Origin: an uncultured Planctomycetaceae bacterium
GTDB lineage: Bacteria; Planctomycetota; Planctomycetia; Isosphaerales; Isosphaeraceae
DNA: 64,000 nt
Assembly: GCA_963833985.1 (NCBI GenBank)
Contig: CAWIAD010000002.1
Location: 2,880,001-2,944,000, forward strand
Reading direction: 5' to 3'
How positions within the stretch are numbered: position 1 is the stretch's first letter; every line of letters starts with the position of its first letter. Positions 9,372 through 19,478 of the stretch are shown one piece after another. The notes beneath the pieces are model-generated. The model was not told the origin of the DNA. It saw nothing but the letters and a program-made list of their open reading frames with translations, and did no database searches. A program made the position numbers and the translations under genes.

Positions 9372-11099
9372 GTGAGCCATTGCCCGGATCCCTGCCGAGG
9401 ACTCTTGCCGCTGGCCGCAATCGCCGTTGCCTGGATCGGCACCGGTGCCGTCGCCGCGCCGCTGGGTCCAGGCCCGGTCGAGGCCAACCGCGTTCTCGAG
9501 ATCTCCTTCACGTCCGGGCGCCCGTCCCTGGACCCGGACGCGGCCGATGCGATCGAGCTCGATGTCCGCTTCACGCCGCCCTCCGGCAAGGCGGTCCGGC
9601 TGCCAGCCTTCTGGGCCGGCGGCAAGACCTGGCGCGTCCGCTACGCGTCGCCCGAGCCGGGCGTTCATTCCTACGTGACAAGCTGCTCGAAACACGATGA
9701 GCCCGGCCTCGACGGCGTCCGCGGCAGCGTCGAGGTGGTGCCCTACCGTGGGGAGAACCCGCTCTACCGGCACGGCCCGGTTCGCGTCGCGACGGATAGA
9801 CGCCATTTCGCCCATGCCGACGGCACGCCCTTCTTCTGGCTGGGCGACACCTGGTGGATGGGACTTTGCCAGCGGCTCCAGTGGCCCGACGAGTTCCGCA
9901 CCCTGGCCCGCGACCGGCAGGCCAAGGGGTTCACGGTCATCCAGATCGTCGCCGGGCTCTACCCGGACATGCCGGCCTTCGATCCGCGGGGTCGCAACGA
10001 GGCCGGCTTTCCCTGGACTGTAAATTACGGGCACATTCGCCCCGAGTACTTCGACCAGGCCGACCAGCGGCTCTTCGACCTGGCCGATCGCGGGCTGGTC
10101 CCGTGCATCGTGATGGCCTGGGGATATCACCTTCCCTGGATGGGCGCGGAAAAGGTCAAGAAACATGTGCGGTACGTGCTGGCTCGCTATGGTGCGCTGC
10201 CGGTGGTATGGTGCCTGGCCGGCGAGGTCAACCTGCCGTACTACATGGCGCAGGGCTTCCCACGCGGGGGAGAACCGCAGACCAAGGACTGGGAGGCCGT
10301 ACTGCGCTACGCGCGCGGTGTGAACGGGCTCGATCGGCCCTGGACCGTGCACCCCACCGGCATCGAGCCGCTGAGCGGCCGCCTGCTCTTGCAGGATCCC
10401 GCCCTCCTCGACTTTGACATGCTCCAGACCGGCCACGGCCTGCGCGAGGTTTTGCCGCCCACGATCCGCGCCCTGCACGCCTCTTACGCCGCGAAGCCCA
10501 CCATGCCCGTCGTCAATGCCGAGGTGTGCTACGAGGCGCTCTCGGGCCGGATCCCCGCCGAGATTCCTCGGCTCATGTTCTGGACGTGCATGCTCTCCGG
10601 CGCCGGCGGTCATACCTACGGTGCCAACGGCATCTGGCAGTTGAACCGCCGCGATCAGCCTTATGGCAAGTCGCCCCACGGCGGTACCTACGGACCGATC
10701 CCCTGGGACGACGCCATGCGCCTGCCGGGTTCGCGGCAGCTTGGCCAGGCGAAGGCCCTGCTCGAGCAATATCCCTGGTACCGCCTCGAGCCTCATCCGG
10801 AGTGGGCCGCGTGGACGCTGACGGGGACCCATGACGCCACCGGAACCGGTTTCGAGGTCCCCTACGCCGCCGGCATTCCCGGATCGTTGCGGATCATCTA
10901 CGCCCCGCTTCCCCGCCCTGTGCAGATCAGGCACCTGGAGGCAGGGCGTACTTTTCATGCCTTCTGCCATGATCCGGTGACCGCCCGCCGGACCGACCTG
11001 GGGATGGTTCGTCCCGCGGCGGATGCTTCCTGGACGGCCAGTCCCCCGCAGGGTACGGCCACCGACTGGGTGCTCATTCTGGAGCCAGAGCAGCACTGA
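9372..11099 (+). CDS. DUF5060/DUF4038 apiosidase-like (GH140-related) glycoside hydrolase
   Basis: AFWAGGKTWRVRY, DGTPFFWLGDTWW, VWCLAGE, NAEVCYE, GHTYGANGIWQ motifs; signal peptide. Confidence 0.8.
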   Translation: MSHCPDPCRGLLPLAAIAVAWIGTGAVAAPLGPGPVEANRVLEISFTSGRPSLDPDAADAIELDVRFTPPSGKAVRLPAFWAGGKTWRVRYASPEPGVHSYVTSCSKHDEPGLDGVRGSVEVVPYRGENPLYRHGPVRVATDRRHFAHADGTPFFWLGDTWWMGLCQRLQWPDEFRTLARDRQAKGFTVIQIVAGLYPDMPAFDPRGRNEAGFPWTVNYGHIRPEYFDQADQRLFDLADRGLVPCIVMAWGYHLPWMGAEKVKKHVRYVLARYGALPVVWCLAGEVNLPYYMAQGFPRGGEPQTKDWEAVLRYARGVNGLDRPWTVHPTGIEPLSGRLLLQDPALLDFDMLQTGHGLREVLPPTIRALHASYAAKPTMPVVNAEVCYEALSGRIPAEIPRLMFWTCMLSGAGGHTYGANGIWQLNRRDQPYGKSPHGGTYGPIPWDDAMRLPGSRQLGQAKALLEQYPWYRLEPHPEWAAWTLTGTHDATGTGFEVPYAAGIPGSLRIIYAPLPRPVQIRHLEAGRTFHAFCHDPVTARRTDLGMVRPAADASWTASPPQGTATDWVLILEPEQH

Positions 11100-11526
11100 G
11101 AATCGCCCAGGGAAGGTCAAGACCGCCGGCAGTCGCCGGTCCATGGGACCATTCTCAGGAACGCGTGGCCGAGAGCTGGAAAACCGCGAACCGGACACGC
11201 CCCCGCGCAGCCGGCTGACCCCCGCGCAGTCGCCCACCCGAGGCGACACGCCGTGGGCGCTCGGGGGCCAGTTCCGCGCGGGCGGGCCAGTCAGGCATGC
11301 GACGGCATGCCGGGTTCGCCAGGGCGCGCGGGGAATGCGTGTTCTCCGGATCAACGCTACAGTGCACCGCGATCTTTACGGGTCCCGGGATGACGGGGCT
11401 CTTTCTTTCTCATTGCCGTCGCGTTCTATTACAACAAGCATGTTGGGCACGCACGCTGGCTCGGGCTGGATCTTGGCGGGAGAGTCGCGTCTGAGCCGAT
11501 CGGGCGGAGGCTTTGGGGGAGCAGCG

Positions 11527-13931
11527 ATGAGACGGCTTCTGGTGCAGGGCAAGACGCGGGACAGCCGGCTGGGCGTGGCATGGTACGGGCTTCTGGTCGC
11601 TGGGTCTCTGTGGGGTTCCTCATGGGCTGGGGCCGCCGCCCCGGTCGCCGACAAGGTGAGGCCGGTCGTCCCGATCCAGGCGATCCCCTTCAACCTGGAA
11701 GACGTCCGGCTGCTGCCGGGTCCGTTCCGGCATGCCATGGAGCTCGATCAGAAATACATCCTCGCGCTCGACGTCGACCGGCTGCTTCATAGCTTCCGGC
11801 TCAACGCGGGGCTGCCCTCGACCGCGCGGCCGCTGGGCGGGTGGGAAGCGCCCAAGGGCGAACTGCGCGGGCATTTCACTGGGCATTACCTCTCGGCCTG
11901 CGCTCATGTATGCCAGCACCGGGGACGACCGCTTCAAGGCCAGGGGAGACCAGCTTGTCGCCGGACTGGCGGAATGCCAGCGGAAGATCGGCTCGGGATA
12001 CCTGAGTGCTTTTCCCGAGACGTTCATCGATCGTGTCGAGAATCGCAAGCCGGTCTGGGCGCCCTGGTACACCTTGCACAAGATCCTGGCTGGCCTGCTC
12101 GATATGAACGAGCACTGTGGCAACGCCCAGGCGCTGGAGGCGGCCTGCAAGTTCGCCGACTGGGTCAAGGTCCGCACCGACCGGCTCAGTGATGACCGCA
12201 TGCAGGCGATGCTGGGCACCGAGCACGGCGGCATGAACGAGGCCCTGGCGAACCTCTACGCGCGGACCGGCGAGGAGCGGTACCTGAAGCTGGCCGAGCG
12301 CTTCAACCACCTGGCAGTGCTGCGCCCGGCGGCGCAGGGCCGCGACACGCTCACCGGGCTGCACGCCAATACTCAGATCCCCAAGTTCATCGGCACGGCC
12401 CGCGAGTACGAGCTGACGGGCGAGGACTGGCTCAGATCCGCCTCGCGGTTCTTCTGGGACACCGTGGTTCACGAGCGCTCCTACGTGATCGGCGGTCACA
12501 GCGACGGCGAGATGTTCTCGCCCAAGGAGCGGCTCTCCAAGGCGCTCGGCCCGAACACGACGGAGACCTGCAATACCTACAACATGCTCAAGCTGACGCG
12601 GCACCTGTTCACCTGGGACCCGCGCGCCGAGTATGCCGATTACGAGGAACGCGCGCTGGTCAACCACATCCTGGCGTCGCAGAATCCCGAGACCGGCATG
12701 ATGTGCTACTACCTGCCCCTGCGCTCGGGCTCCCGGAAGGTCTTCAACGGCTTCGATGACGCCTTCTGGTGCTGCACCGGGACCGGCGTGGAGAACCACG
12801 GCCGGTATGGGGAAAGCGTCTATTTTCACGACGCCGGCAGGACACTCTATGTGAACCTGTTCCTGGCCTCCGAGGCTCGACTGGAAAGCCCGAGGGGTGA
12901 AGCTCCGCCAGGAGACGCAGTTTCCCCGCGAACAGGCGACGCGGCTGGTCGTCACGTGCCAGCAGCCGACGGAGTTCACGCTCAAGCTGCGCCATCCGGC
13001 GTGGGCCGCGTCGAGGTCCGGCTCGGGCTCGGGGTCCGGCCCGGGGTTCACGATCACACTCAACGGCGAGTCCCTGAGCGAGGAGAGCAAGCCGGGGAGT
13101 TACGCGGAAATCAAGAGGCTCTGGAAGACCGGCGACGTGGTCGAGGTTGCGTTCCCGTTTCGCCTCCACACCGAAGGGTTCCACGACAACCCGAACCGCC
13201 TGGCGTTCCTGCACGGCCCGGTGGTCCTCTGCGGCGCGGTGGATCCGGCTTCGCCCGTGCCGGTCATCGTCGCCGATCCCGGGAAACTGCTCGGGGCGGT
13301 CGAGGCTGTGGCGGGCCAGGACTCCACATTCACCGCGTTGCCCGAGCTCTTCCAGACGCCAGGGACCGCACATGCCAGCCGCGCGGTGACGCTCGAGCCT
13401 CTCTATGCAATGCACGGCCAGCGGCATTACGCGGTCTACTGGGACCTGCTCACGCCGGCGGAGTGGCAAGCCTGGCAGGCCGAGGCGGCCGCCGAGCAGG
13501 CACGCCATGAAGACCTGGTGCGCCAGACTGTCGATTTTGTGGATCCCGCCCAGAGCGAGAGCGAGCGGGACCACCGCCTGGAGTCGGAAAAGTCCGCCCG
13601 CGGGACCTTCAACGACCGGGGCTGGAGGCACGCGGTCGACGGCGGCTGGTTTCGCTATGAGGTGAAGGTATCGCCGGGCCAGAAGGAACTGCTCGTGGTG
13701 ACCTACTGGAGCGGCGAATCCGGCGGGCGCGCCTTCGACGTGGTGGTGGACGGGCGGAAACTGGCCAGCGAAACGTCCGAGAGCAACCGGCCCGGCATGT
13801 TCTACGATCAGTCCTACCCTCTTCCACCGGAGCTCACGAAGGGGAAGAATCATGTGATGGTGACGTTCCAGGCGCGGTTTCGCCGGATGGCTGGCCGCGT
13901 CTTCGGCGTGCGTGTGGTGCGCGTGCCGTGA
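11527..13931 (+). CDS. GH127/GH146 beta-L-arabinofuranosidase-like protein (frameshifts near 11901 and 12880)
   Basis: GGWE..ELRGHFTGHYLSA, WAPWYTLHKI, EHGGMNE, HANTQIPK, ETCNTYNMLKL, FWCCTGTG spread over three consecutive ORFs. Confidence 0.9.
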
Positions 13932-13980
13932 CCGCGGGCGCAGCGGTCCGGATCCGATTCGACCTTGCGAGGACTCATCC

Positions 13981-14841
13981 ATGAACGCCAGGGTGCTCAG
14001 CGGACTCTTGCTCTTGCTTCTGTTCGCCCCCGCGCGGGACGCGCGCTGCGACGAGTGGAAGCTCGTCTGGAGCGACGAGTTCAACGGCTCCGGGTTGCCC
14101 GATGCGACGAAGTGGACTTATGAAACCGGGTTGATCCGGAACCACGAGCGGCAGTACTACACCCGCACCCGCACCGAGAACGCCCGGATCGAGGACGGCA
14201 AGCTTGTGATCGAAGCCCGTCACGAGAAATGGGGCGAGCCCAGCGCCTCGGCCGCGAAGGCCAAGGGTGCCGCGCGCAATCGCCGTGCCGGCGGCTCCGC
14301 GGAATTCACCTCGGCCAGCCTGACGACCCAGGGGAAGGCCTCCTGGACTTACGGCCGCATCGAGGTGCGCGCCCAGGTTCCCTCGGCGCGCGGCACCTGG
14401 CCGGCGATCTGGACCCTGGGCAGCAACATCCACGAGGTCGGCTGGCCCGCCTGCGGCGAGATCGACATCATGGAGTTCGTGGGCTACGAACCGGGCGTCA
14501 TTCATGCCAATGTCCACACGAAGAAATACAACCATGTCGCCCACACCGGCAAGGGCGATCAGCTCTCGGTCCCCGACGCCTCGCGGGCGTTCCACGTTTA
14601 TGCCGTGGAGTGGGATTCCAAGCAGATGGACTTCTTCGTGGATGATCACAAGTACTTCACGTTCCGCAATGAAGGATCAGGCCCGGACGCCTGGCCATAC
14701 GACAAGCCGCAGTACCTGATCCTCAACCTGGCCATCGGCGGCGACTGGGGCGGGCAGAAGGGCGTCGATGAGAGCAGCTTCCCGCAGGAGTTCCTCATCG
14801 ATTACGTGCGCGTGTATCAGAAGCAGGCCGCCACCAGGTAG
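13981..14841 (+). CDS. GH16 glycoside hydrolase (laminarinase-like)
   Basis: LVWSDEF, GTWPAIW, catalytic [24 protein letters not shown]; signal peptide. Confidence 0.93.
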   Translation: MNARVLSGLLLLLLFAPARDARCDEWKLVWSDEFNGSGLPDATKWTYETGLIRNHERQYYTRTRTENARIEDGKLVIEARHEKWGEPSASAAKAKGAARNRRAGGSAEFTSASLTTQGKASWTYGRIEVRAQVPSARGTWPAIWTLGSNIHEVGWPACGEIDIMEFVGYEPGVIHANVHTKKYNHVAHTGKGDQLSVPDASRAFHVYAVEWDSKQMDFFVDDHKYFTFRNEGSGPDAWPYDKPQYLILNLAIGGDWGGQKGVDESSFPQEFLIDYVRVYQKQAATR

Positions 14842-14851
14842 GAGCGCGCGC

Positions 14852-16432
14852 ATGCCAGAACGCCTCTCCCGCGCGCGTGGCTTGCGGTGCCTGAGCATTC
14901 CGTGCGCCCTCGCCGTGCTGCTGCTCATCGGGGCCTGCGGCGCGCCGGCCTGCCGGGCCGGGGCACGGGCGGACAAGCGCCCGAACATCGTGCTCATCTT
15001 CTGCGATGACCACGCTTACCAGGCCATCAGCGCCTATGGCGACGCGCGCCGGCTGGTGCGTACCCCGAACATTGACCGGATCGCGCGTGAGGGGATGCGG
15101 TTCGACCGCTGCCTGGTGCCCAACTCGATCTGCGGACCGAGCCGGGCCACCGTGCTCACCGGCAAGTACAGCCACTCCAATGGCTTCTACAACAACACGA
15201 ACAGCCGGTTCGACGGTTCGCAGACGACCTTCCCCAAGCTGCTCCGCGCCGCAGGCTACCAGACCGCCATCTTCGGCAAGTGGCACCTGGTCACGGACCC
15301 CACCGGCTTTGACCGGTGGCAGGTCCTCCCCGGCCAGGGCGTCTATTACAACCCTCCCATGCTCACGCCCGGCGGCCGGGTGCGGCACCAGGGCTACGTG
15401 ACCGATCTCATCACCGACCTGTCGCTCGAGTGGCTCAGGAACCGCGACCCCGCGCGTCCCTTCCTGCTCATGTGCCAGCACAAGGCGCCCCACCGCGAGT
15501 GGCAGCCCGCGCTGCGGCACCTGGACCACGACCACGGCCGGGTCTATCCCGAGCCTGCCACCCTGTTCGACGACTACGCCGGCCGGGGCAAGGCCGAGCA
15601 CGGCCAGGACATGACCATCGCCGCGACGCTCACCGCCAGCGACCTGAAGCTCACCCCACCTGCCGAGCTCACCGCCGACCAGAAGACCATCTGGAGCGCC
15701 TATTACGAGCCGCGCAACCAGGCGTTCCGCAGCGCAAGGCTCACGGGCAAGGACCTGGTGCGCTGGAAGTACAACCGTTACATGCACGACTACCTGGGCT
15801 GCATCCAGGCTGTGGACGAGAGCGTGGGCCGGCTGCTGTCGTTTCTCGACGAGCAGAAGCTGACCGGCGACACGATCGTCGTGTACACCTCGGACCAGGG
15901 TTTTTACCTGGGGGAGCACGGCTGGTTTGACAAGCGCTGGATCTTCGAAGAGTCGCTGCGGACGCCGCTACTCGTCCGCTGGCCGGGCGTGGTCCACGCG
16001 GGCAGCCAGTGCGAACGCCTGGTCTCCAATCTCGACCTCGCCGAGACCTTCCTCGATGCGGCCGGCCTGCCGGTCCCCGGGGAGATGCAGGGGCAGAGCC
16101 TGGTGCCCTTGCTCAAGGGGAGCACCCCGGCGGGCTGGAGAGCCAGCTTCTATTATCATTACTACGAGTTCCCCGGGCCGCACAGTGTGCACCGGCACTA
16201 CGGTGTGGTGACCGATCGCTACAAGCTCGTCCACTTCTATGAGCCGGGAATTGATGAATGGGAGCTCTTCGATCGACAGGCCGACCCGCGTGAACTGCAC
16301 AGCGTTTTCGGTGCCGCCGAATATGCCGCGGCCCAGCGCGCGCTCGCGGAAGAGCTGAAGCGGCTGCGGGGACAACTGGGCGTGCCCGCGCAGGACCCGC
16401 CCGCCTCCCTGATTCCGGCCCCGAGCCGCTGA
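14852..16432 (+). CDS. Formylglycine-dependent (S1) sulfatase
   Basis: [23 protein letters not shown] signature, [23 protein letters not shown]. Confidence 0.93.
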   Translation: MPERLSRARGLRCLSIPCALAVLLLIGACGAPACRAGARADKRPNIVLIFCDDHAYQAISAYGDARRLVRTPNIDRIAREGMRFDRCLVPNSICGPSRATVLTGKYSHSNGFYNNTNSRFDGSQTTFPKLLRAAGYQTAIFGKWHLVTDPTGFDRWQVLPGQGVYYNPPMLTPGGRVRHQGYVTDLITDLSLEWLRNRDPARPFLLMCQHKAPHREWQPALRHLDHDHGRVYPEPATLFDDYAGRGKAEHGQDMTIAATLTASDLKLTPPAELTADQKTIWSAYYEPRNQAFRSARLTGKDLVRWKYNRYMHDYLGCIQAVDESVGRLLSFLDEQKLTGDTIVVYTSDQGFYLGEHGWFDKRWIFEESLRTPLLVRWPGVVHAGSQCERLVSNLDLAETFLDAAGLPVPGEMQGQSLVPLLKGSTPAGWRASFYYHYYEFPGPHSVHRHYGVVTDRYKLVHFYEPGIDEWELFDRQADPRELHSVFGAAEYAAAQRALAEELKRLRGQLGVPAQDPPASLIPAPSR

Positions 16433-16474
16433 TCCGGCCTGGCCCACTGCGCCCTTCGCATGAGGGATGGTCAA

Positions 16475-18133
16475 ATGAAAATCTTCGGCATTTTTTTGCT
16501 GCTGCTCGCGGGAGCCGTCCAGGTTCGGGCCGATGAGCCCTTCCGCGACCGCTGGGTCTGGGTCTTCGGCTGGAACCTGGAGCGGTCGGGTGACGTGGAT
16601 CAGGTCTCCCGGGTGCTCGCCACGGCCGGTGCTCACGGTCTGAACGGGGCCGTGGTTTCCTTCGGACTGGACACGCTCTGCCAGAAGTCCTCGGAGTTCT
16701 TTGACCGGTTCGAGCAGGTCAGGCAGGCGAGCGAGCGGCACGGACTGGAGCTGATCCCGTCCGTCTTCTCCATCGGTTACGCGGGCGCCGTGCTCGGACA
16801 TGACCGCAACCTGGCCGAAGGCCTGCCCGTCGCGGACGCACCTTTTCTGGTTCGTGGCGGACAAGCCCGGTTCCTTGCGCCCGAGACGCAAGCTCTGGCA
16901 AACGGCGGCTTCGAGGACGTCTCCGGCAACTCTTTTGCTCGCTACGAGTTTCATGACCAGCCGGGGGAGATCAGCTTCGCCGACACCCGTGTGGCCCACG
17001 GCGGCAAGGCGGCGATCCGCATGGAGAACTTCACGGCCAACCGCTACGGCCACGGCCGGGTGATGCAGGTTCTCCGGGTGCAGCCGCACAGGTGCTACCG
17101 GGTGAGCCTCTGGGTGAAGACCGAAGGTCTCGAGCCCGCCGGGTCGTTCCAGGTGATGGTGCGGGCCAGAGACCGCGACATCGCCCCGCGCACGTTTCAT
17201 GTCCCCGCGACCACGGACTGGCGAAAGCTCTCGTTCCTCTTCAACAGCCTGGAAGAAGAACGCGTCCAGATCTACGCCGGCGTCTGGGGAGGCAAGGCGG
17301 GCAAATTCTGGATCGACGACTGGAGCGTACAGCAGGTTGGCCCGCTCAACGTGCTGCACCGCGGGGGCACTCCGGTCACCGTGCGCGATTCCAAGGGCGC
17401 CGTGACGTACGCCCCTGGGAAGGACTACGCACCGCTCGTCGATGCGCATTTCAACGTCGGCCGTGTGGATCGCGAGGCGGCCGCCCTGACGATCACACCT
17501 GGCAGCCGGATCAAGGATGGCGATCGCCTCCTGGTTAGCTGGTATCACGCGATGGTCATCCATGAATGGCAGCAGGCGGCCTGCATGGCCGAGCCGGCCG
17601 TCTATGACATCTTCGACCACGAAGCGAAGCTGCTGGCCGAGCACCTCAAGCCCAGGCGCGTGCTGCTGAACATGGACGAGATCCGCATGGGGGGAACTTG
17701 CGCGGCTTGCCGCGGCCGCAACATGGGAGAGCTGCTTGGCGAATGCATCACGCGCCAGGTGCAGATTCTCCGGAATCACTTACCGGGCGTGGAGGTGCTC
17801 ATCTGGTCGGACATGCTCGACCCCCATCACAACGCCCACGGCAATTACTACCTCGTTTCCGGAGACTTTACGGGCTCGTGGCGGCACGTGCCGAAGGACC
17901 TGATCATGGCCGTCTGGGGAGACAAGCCCCAGGAGAAGAACCTTCGCTTCTTCTCCGAACAGGGGTTCCGCACCCTGGGCGCCTGCTATTACGACGCGGA
18001 TGACCTGAACGATGTGCGCGGCTGGATCGAGCTGGCCCGGAAAACGCGCGGCACGCAAGGGCTCTTGTACACGCCCTGGCAACGAAAGTACGCCCTGCTG
18101 GCCGAGTTCGGCGACCTCCTGCGGCCGCGCTGA
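16475..18133 (+). CDS. Secreted putative glycoside hydrolase: TIM barrel with GH20-like DE motif and inserted CBM-like domain
   Basis: Signal peptide; LANGGFE...YRVSLWVKTE...FWIDDW (CBM4/9-like jelly roll); LNMDEIRMGG and IWSDML resemble GH20 motifs. Confidence 0.6.
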   Translation: MKIFGIFLLLLAGAVQVRADEPFRDRWVWVFGWNLERSGDVDQVSRVLATAGAHGLNGAVVSFGLDTLCQKSSEFFDRFEQVRQASERHGLELIPSVFSIGYAGAVLGHDRNLAEGLPVADAPFLVRGGQARFLAPETQALANGGFEDVSGNSFARYEFHDQPGEISFADTRVAHGGKAAIRMENFTANRYGHGRVMQVLRVQPHRCYRVSLWVKTEGLEPAGSFQVMVRARDRDIAPRTFHVPATTDWRKLSFLFNSLEEERVQIYAGVWGGKAGKFWIDDWSVQQVGPLNVLHRGGTPVTVRDSKGAVTYAPGKDYAPLVDAHFNVGRVDREAAALTITPGSRIKDGDRLLVSWYHAMVIHEWQQAACMAEPAVYDIFDHEAKLLAEHLKPRRVLLNMDEIRMGGTCAACRGRNMGELLGECITRQVQILRNHLPGVEVLIWSDMLDPHHNAHGNYYLVSGDFTGSWRHVPKDLIMAVWGDKPQEKNLRFFSEQGFRTLGACYYDADDLNDVRGWIELARKTRGTQGLLYTPWQRKYALLAEFGDLLRPR

Positions 18134-18175
18134 CCGTGCCGAATGACCGCTCACGCAATGGATCGGCTGCCCCAT

Positions 18176-19327
18176 TCAGTCTGGATCCCAGATGGTGGCG
18201 GCGATGTACCGCTCGGGGCCTGTCCGGCGATCCCAGAAGTAGTAGACAGTCACGACCTTGCCGTCGGGGCGCTGGACGCTGCGCGGGTATCCCAGGTCGC
18301 GTCCTCCGCCGTCGTCGCGGAGGGTGATCTCAGGCTCCCAGGTACGCCCGCCGTCTCGGCTCAATCGGCCGCGGATGGAGAATGGCGCGGCACGATGGCC
18401 GTAGGTCAGGCAGAGCCGGCCATCAGCCAGGCGGATCAAGCTGGCCGGGTTGCCTTCGCCCAGGTCCGCGGCCGGCACCGAATCGAGCGTCCAGGTGCGG
18501 CCATCGTCGCGCGAGCGGTAGGTCTCGATCCAGTGCCTTATCCCTTCGTGGCGTCGAATGGCCGAGAGCAGCTCCGTACCGTTCAGGCGGACGGTCGCGG
18601 GCATGATCGCGAACCCCGCCGGCTCGGGGCTGATCCAGCCGACCGTTCGCCAGGTCTTGCCGCCATCGGTCGTACGCACGCAGAGGGGGCGCCCCTCCTG
18701 GCCGTTCGCCTTCGACGCCGTCAGGAAGAGCATGCAGTCGGAGGGACCGTTGATAATATAGTCCGTGCGGGCGGCAATGCCGGGCTGGCCGAAGAGAGGC
18801 AAGGAGAATGGGCCTTCCCAGTGATGGCCTCGGTCCATCGAATAGGAGAATCGCGACGGTCCGGCAGCGACGTCGGTCATCCGGACCGTGAGCGCAAAGC
18901 CGGGCTGAGTGAAGTTCACGCCGCCCGGACAGGCGCGCCAGGGCTTTTCCGCCAGCCCCGGCGGCGTGACGCCGTGCAGTGCCTTTCCCACGGGAATGAG
19001 GGCACCGGCTGCGCCTGGGTTCTCGATGGTCCAGGATTCCCCGCCGTCGCGGCTCCGCGCCAGCAGGTGCTCCTCCGGCTTGCCGTGATCGATGGCATGC
19101 CGCTCCGGGCCGTGGTCCTGGTAGTACCCCGCGCTGAAGCCGACGAGGATCTCATTCCCCCAGCACCAGATCCCGTGGTTGGCCGGCCAGCCGCCGAACC
19201 GCCCGGGCCGGTGGTAGACCATCACGTGGACCAGGCGCCGGCTGGCGGGCGCGCTCTTGGTGGACGGTGGCTCGGGTGAGCTCCACGGCAGTGAGAGGCT
19301 CATGAGAGCCGCGACCGACATCCACAT
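18176..19327 (-). CDS. Sialidase-family / BNR (Asp-box) repeat protein
   Basis: Five Asp boxes: SRDGGESW, SMDRGHHW, TTDGGKTW, SRDDGRTW, SRDGGRTW; DLGYP near the C-terminus. Confidence 0.88.
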   Translation of the reverse strand: MWMSVAALMSLSLPWSSPEPPSTKSAPASRRLVHVMVYHRPGRFGGWPANHGIWCWGNEILVGFSAGYYQDHGPERHAIDHGKPEEHLLARSRDGGESWTIENPGAAGALIPVGKALHGVTPPGLAEKPWRACPGGVNFTQPGFALTVRMTDVAAGPSRFSYSMDRGHHWEGPFSLPLFGQPGIAARTDYIINGPSDCMLFLTASKANGQEGRPLCVRTTDGGKTWRTVGWISPEPAGFAIMPATVRLNGTELLSAIRRHEGIRHWIETYRSRDDGRTWTLDSVPAADLGEGNPASLIRLADGRLCLTYGHRAAPFSIRGRLSRDGGRTWEPEITLRDDGGGRDLGYPRSVQRPDGKVVTVYYFWDRRTGPERYIAATIWDPD

Positions 19328-19478
19328 GGTACGCCATTTCCCCAGGCCGTTGATGCGGGCGAGCGAGGTGTGACGCCACGCGCGGATTGATGGACGACGG
19401 CCGATGCGGTTGCCGGGTTCGATCCGCGCCGCGGGCACACGAAAGTGCGTGCGAGCCCGCGACGCCCAGGCAGGATCA

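Noticed and set aside
3460..11354. Long ORFs 3460..5529 (+), 5460..7526 (+), 7750..9420 (-) and 9288..11354 (-)
   Set aside because: Antisense shadows of well-supported genes, expected in high-GC DNA; no motifs.
13012..13047. GS-rich microrepeat in the GH127 gene (SRSGSGSGSGPG)
   Set aside because: Short in-frame loop expansion with no further structure.
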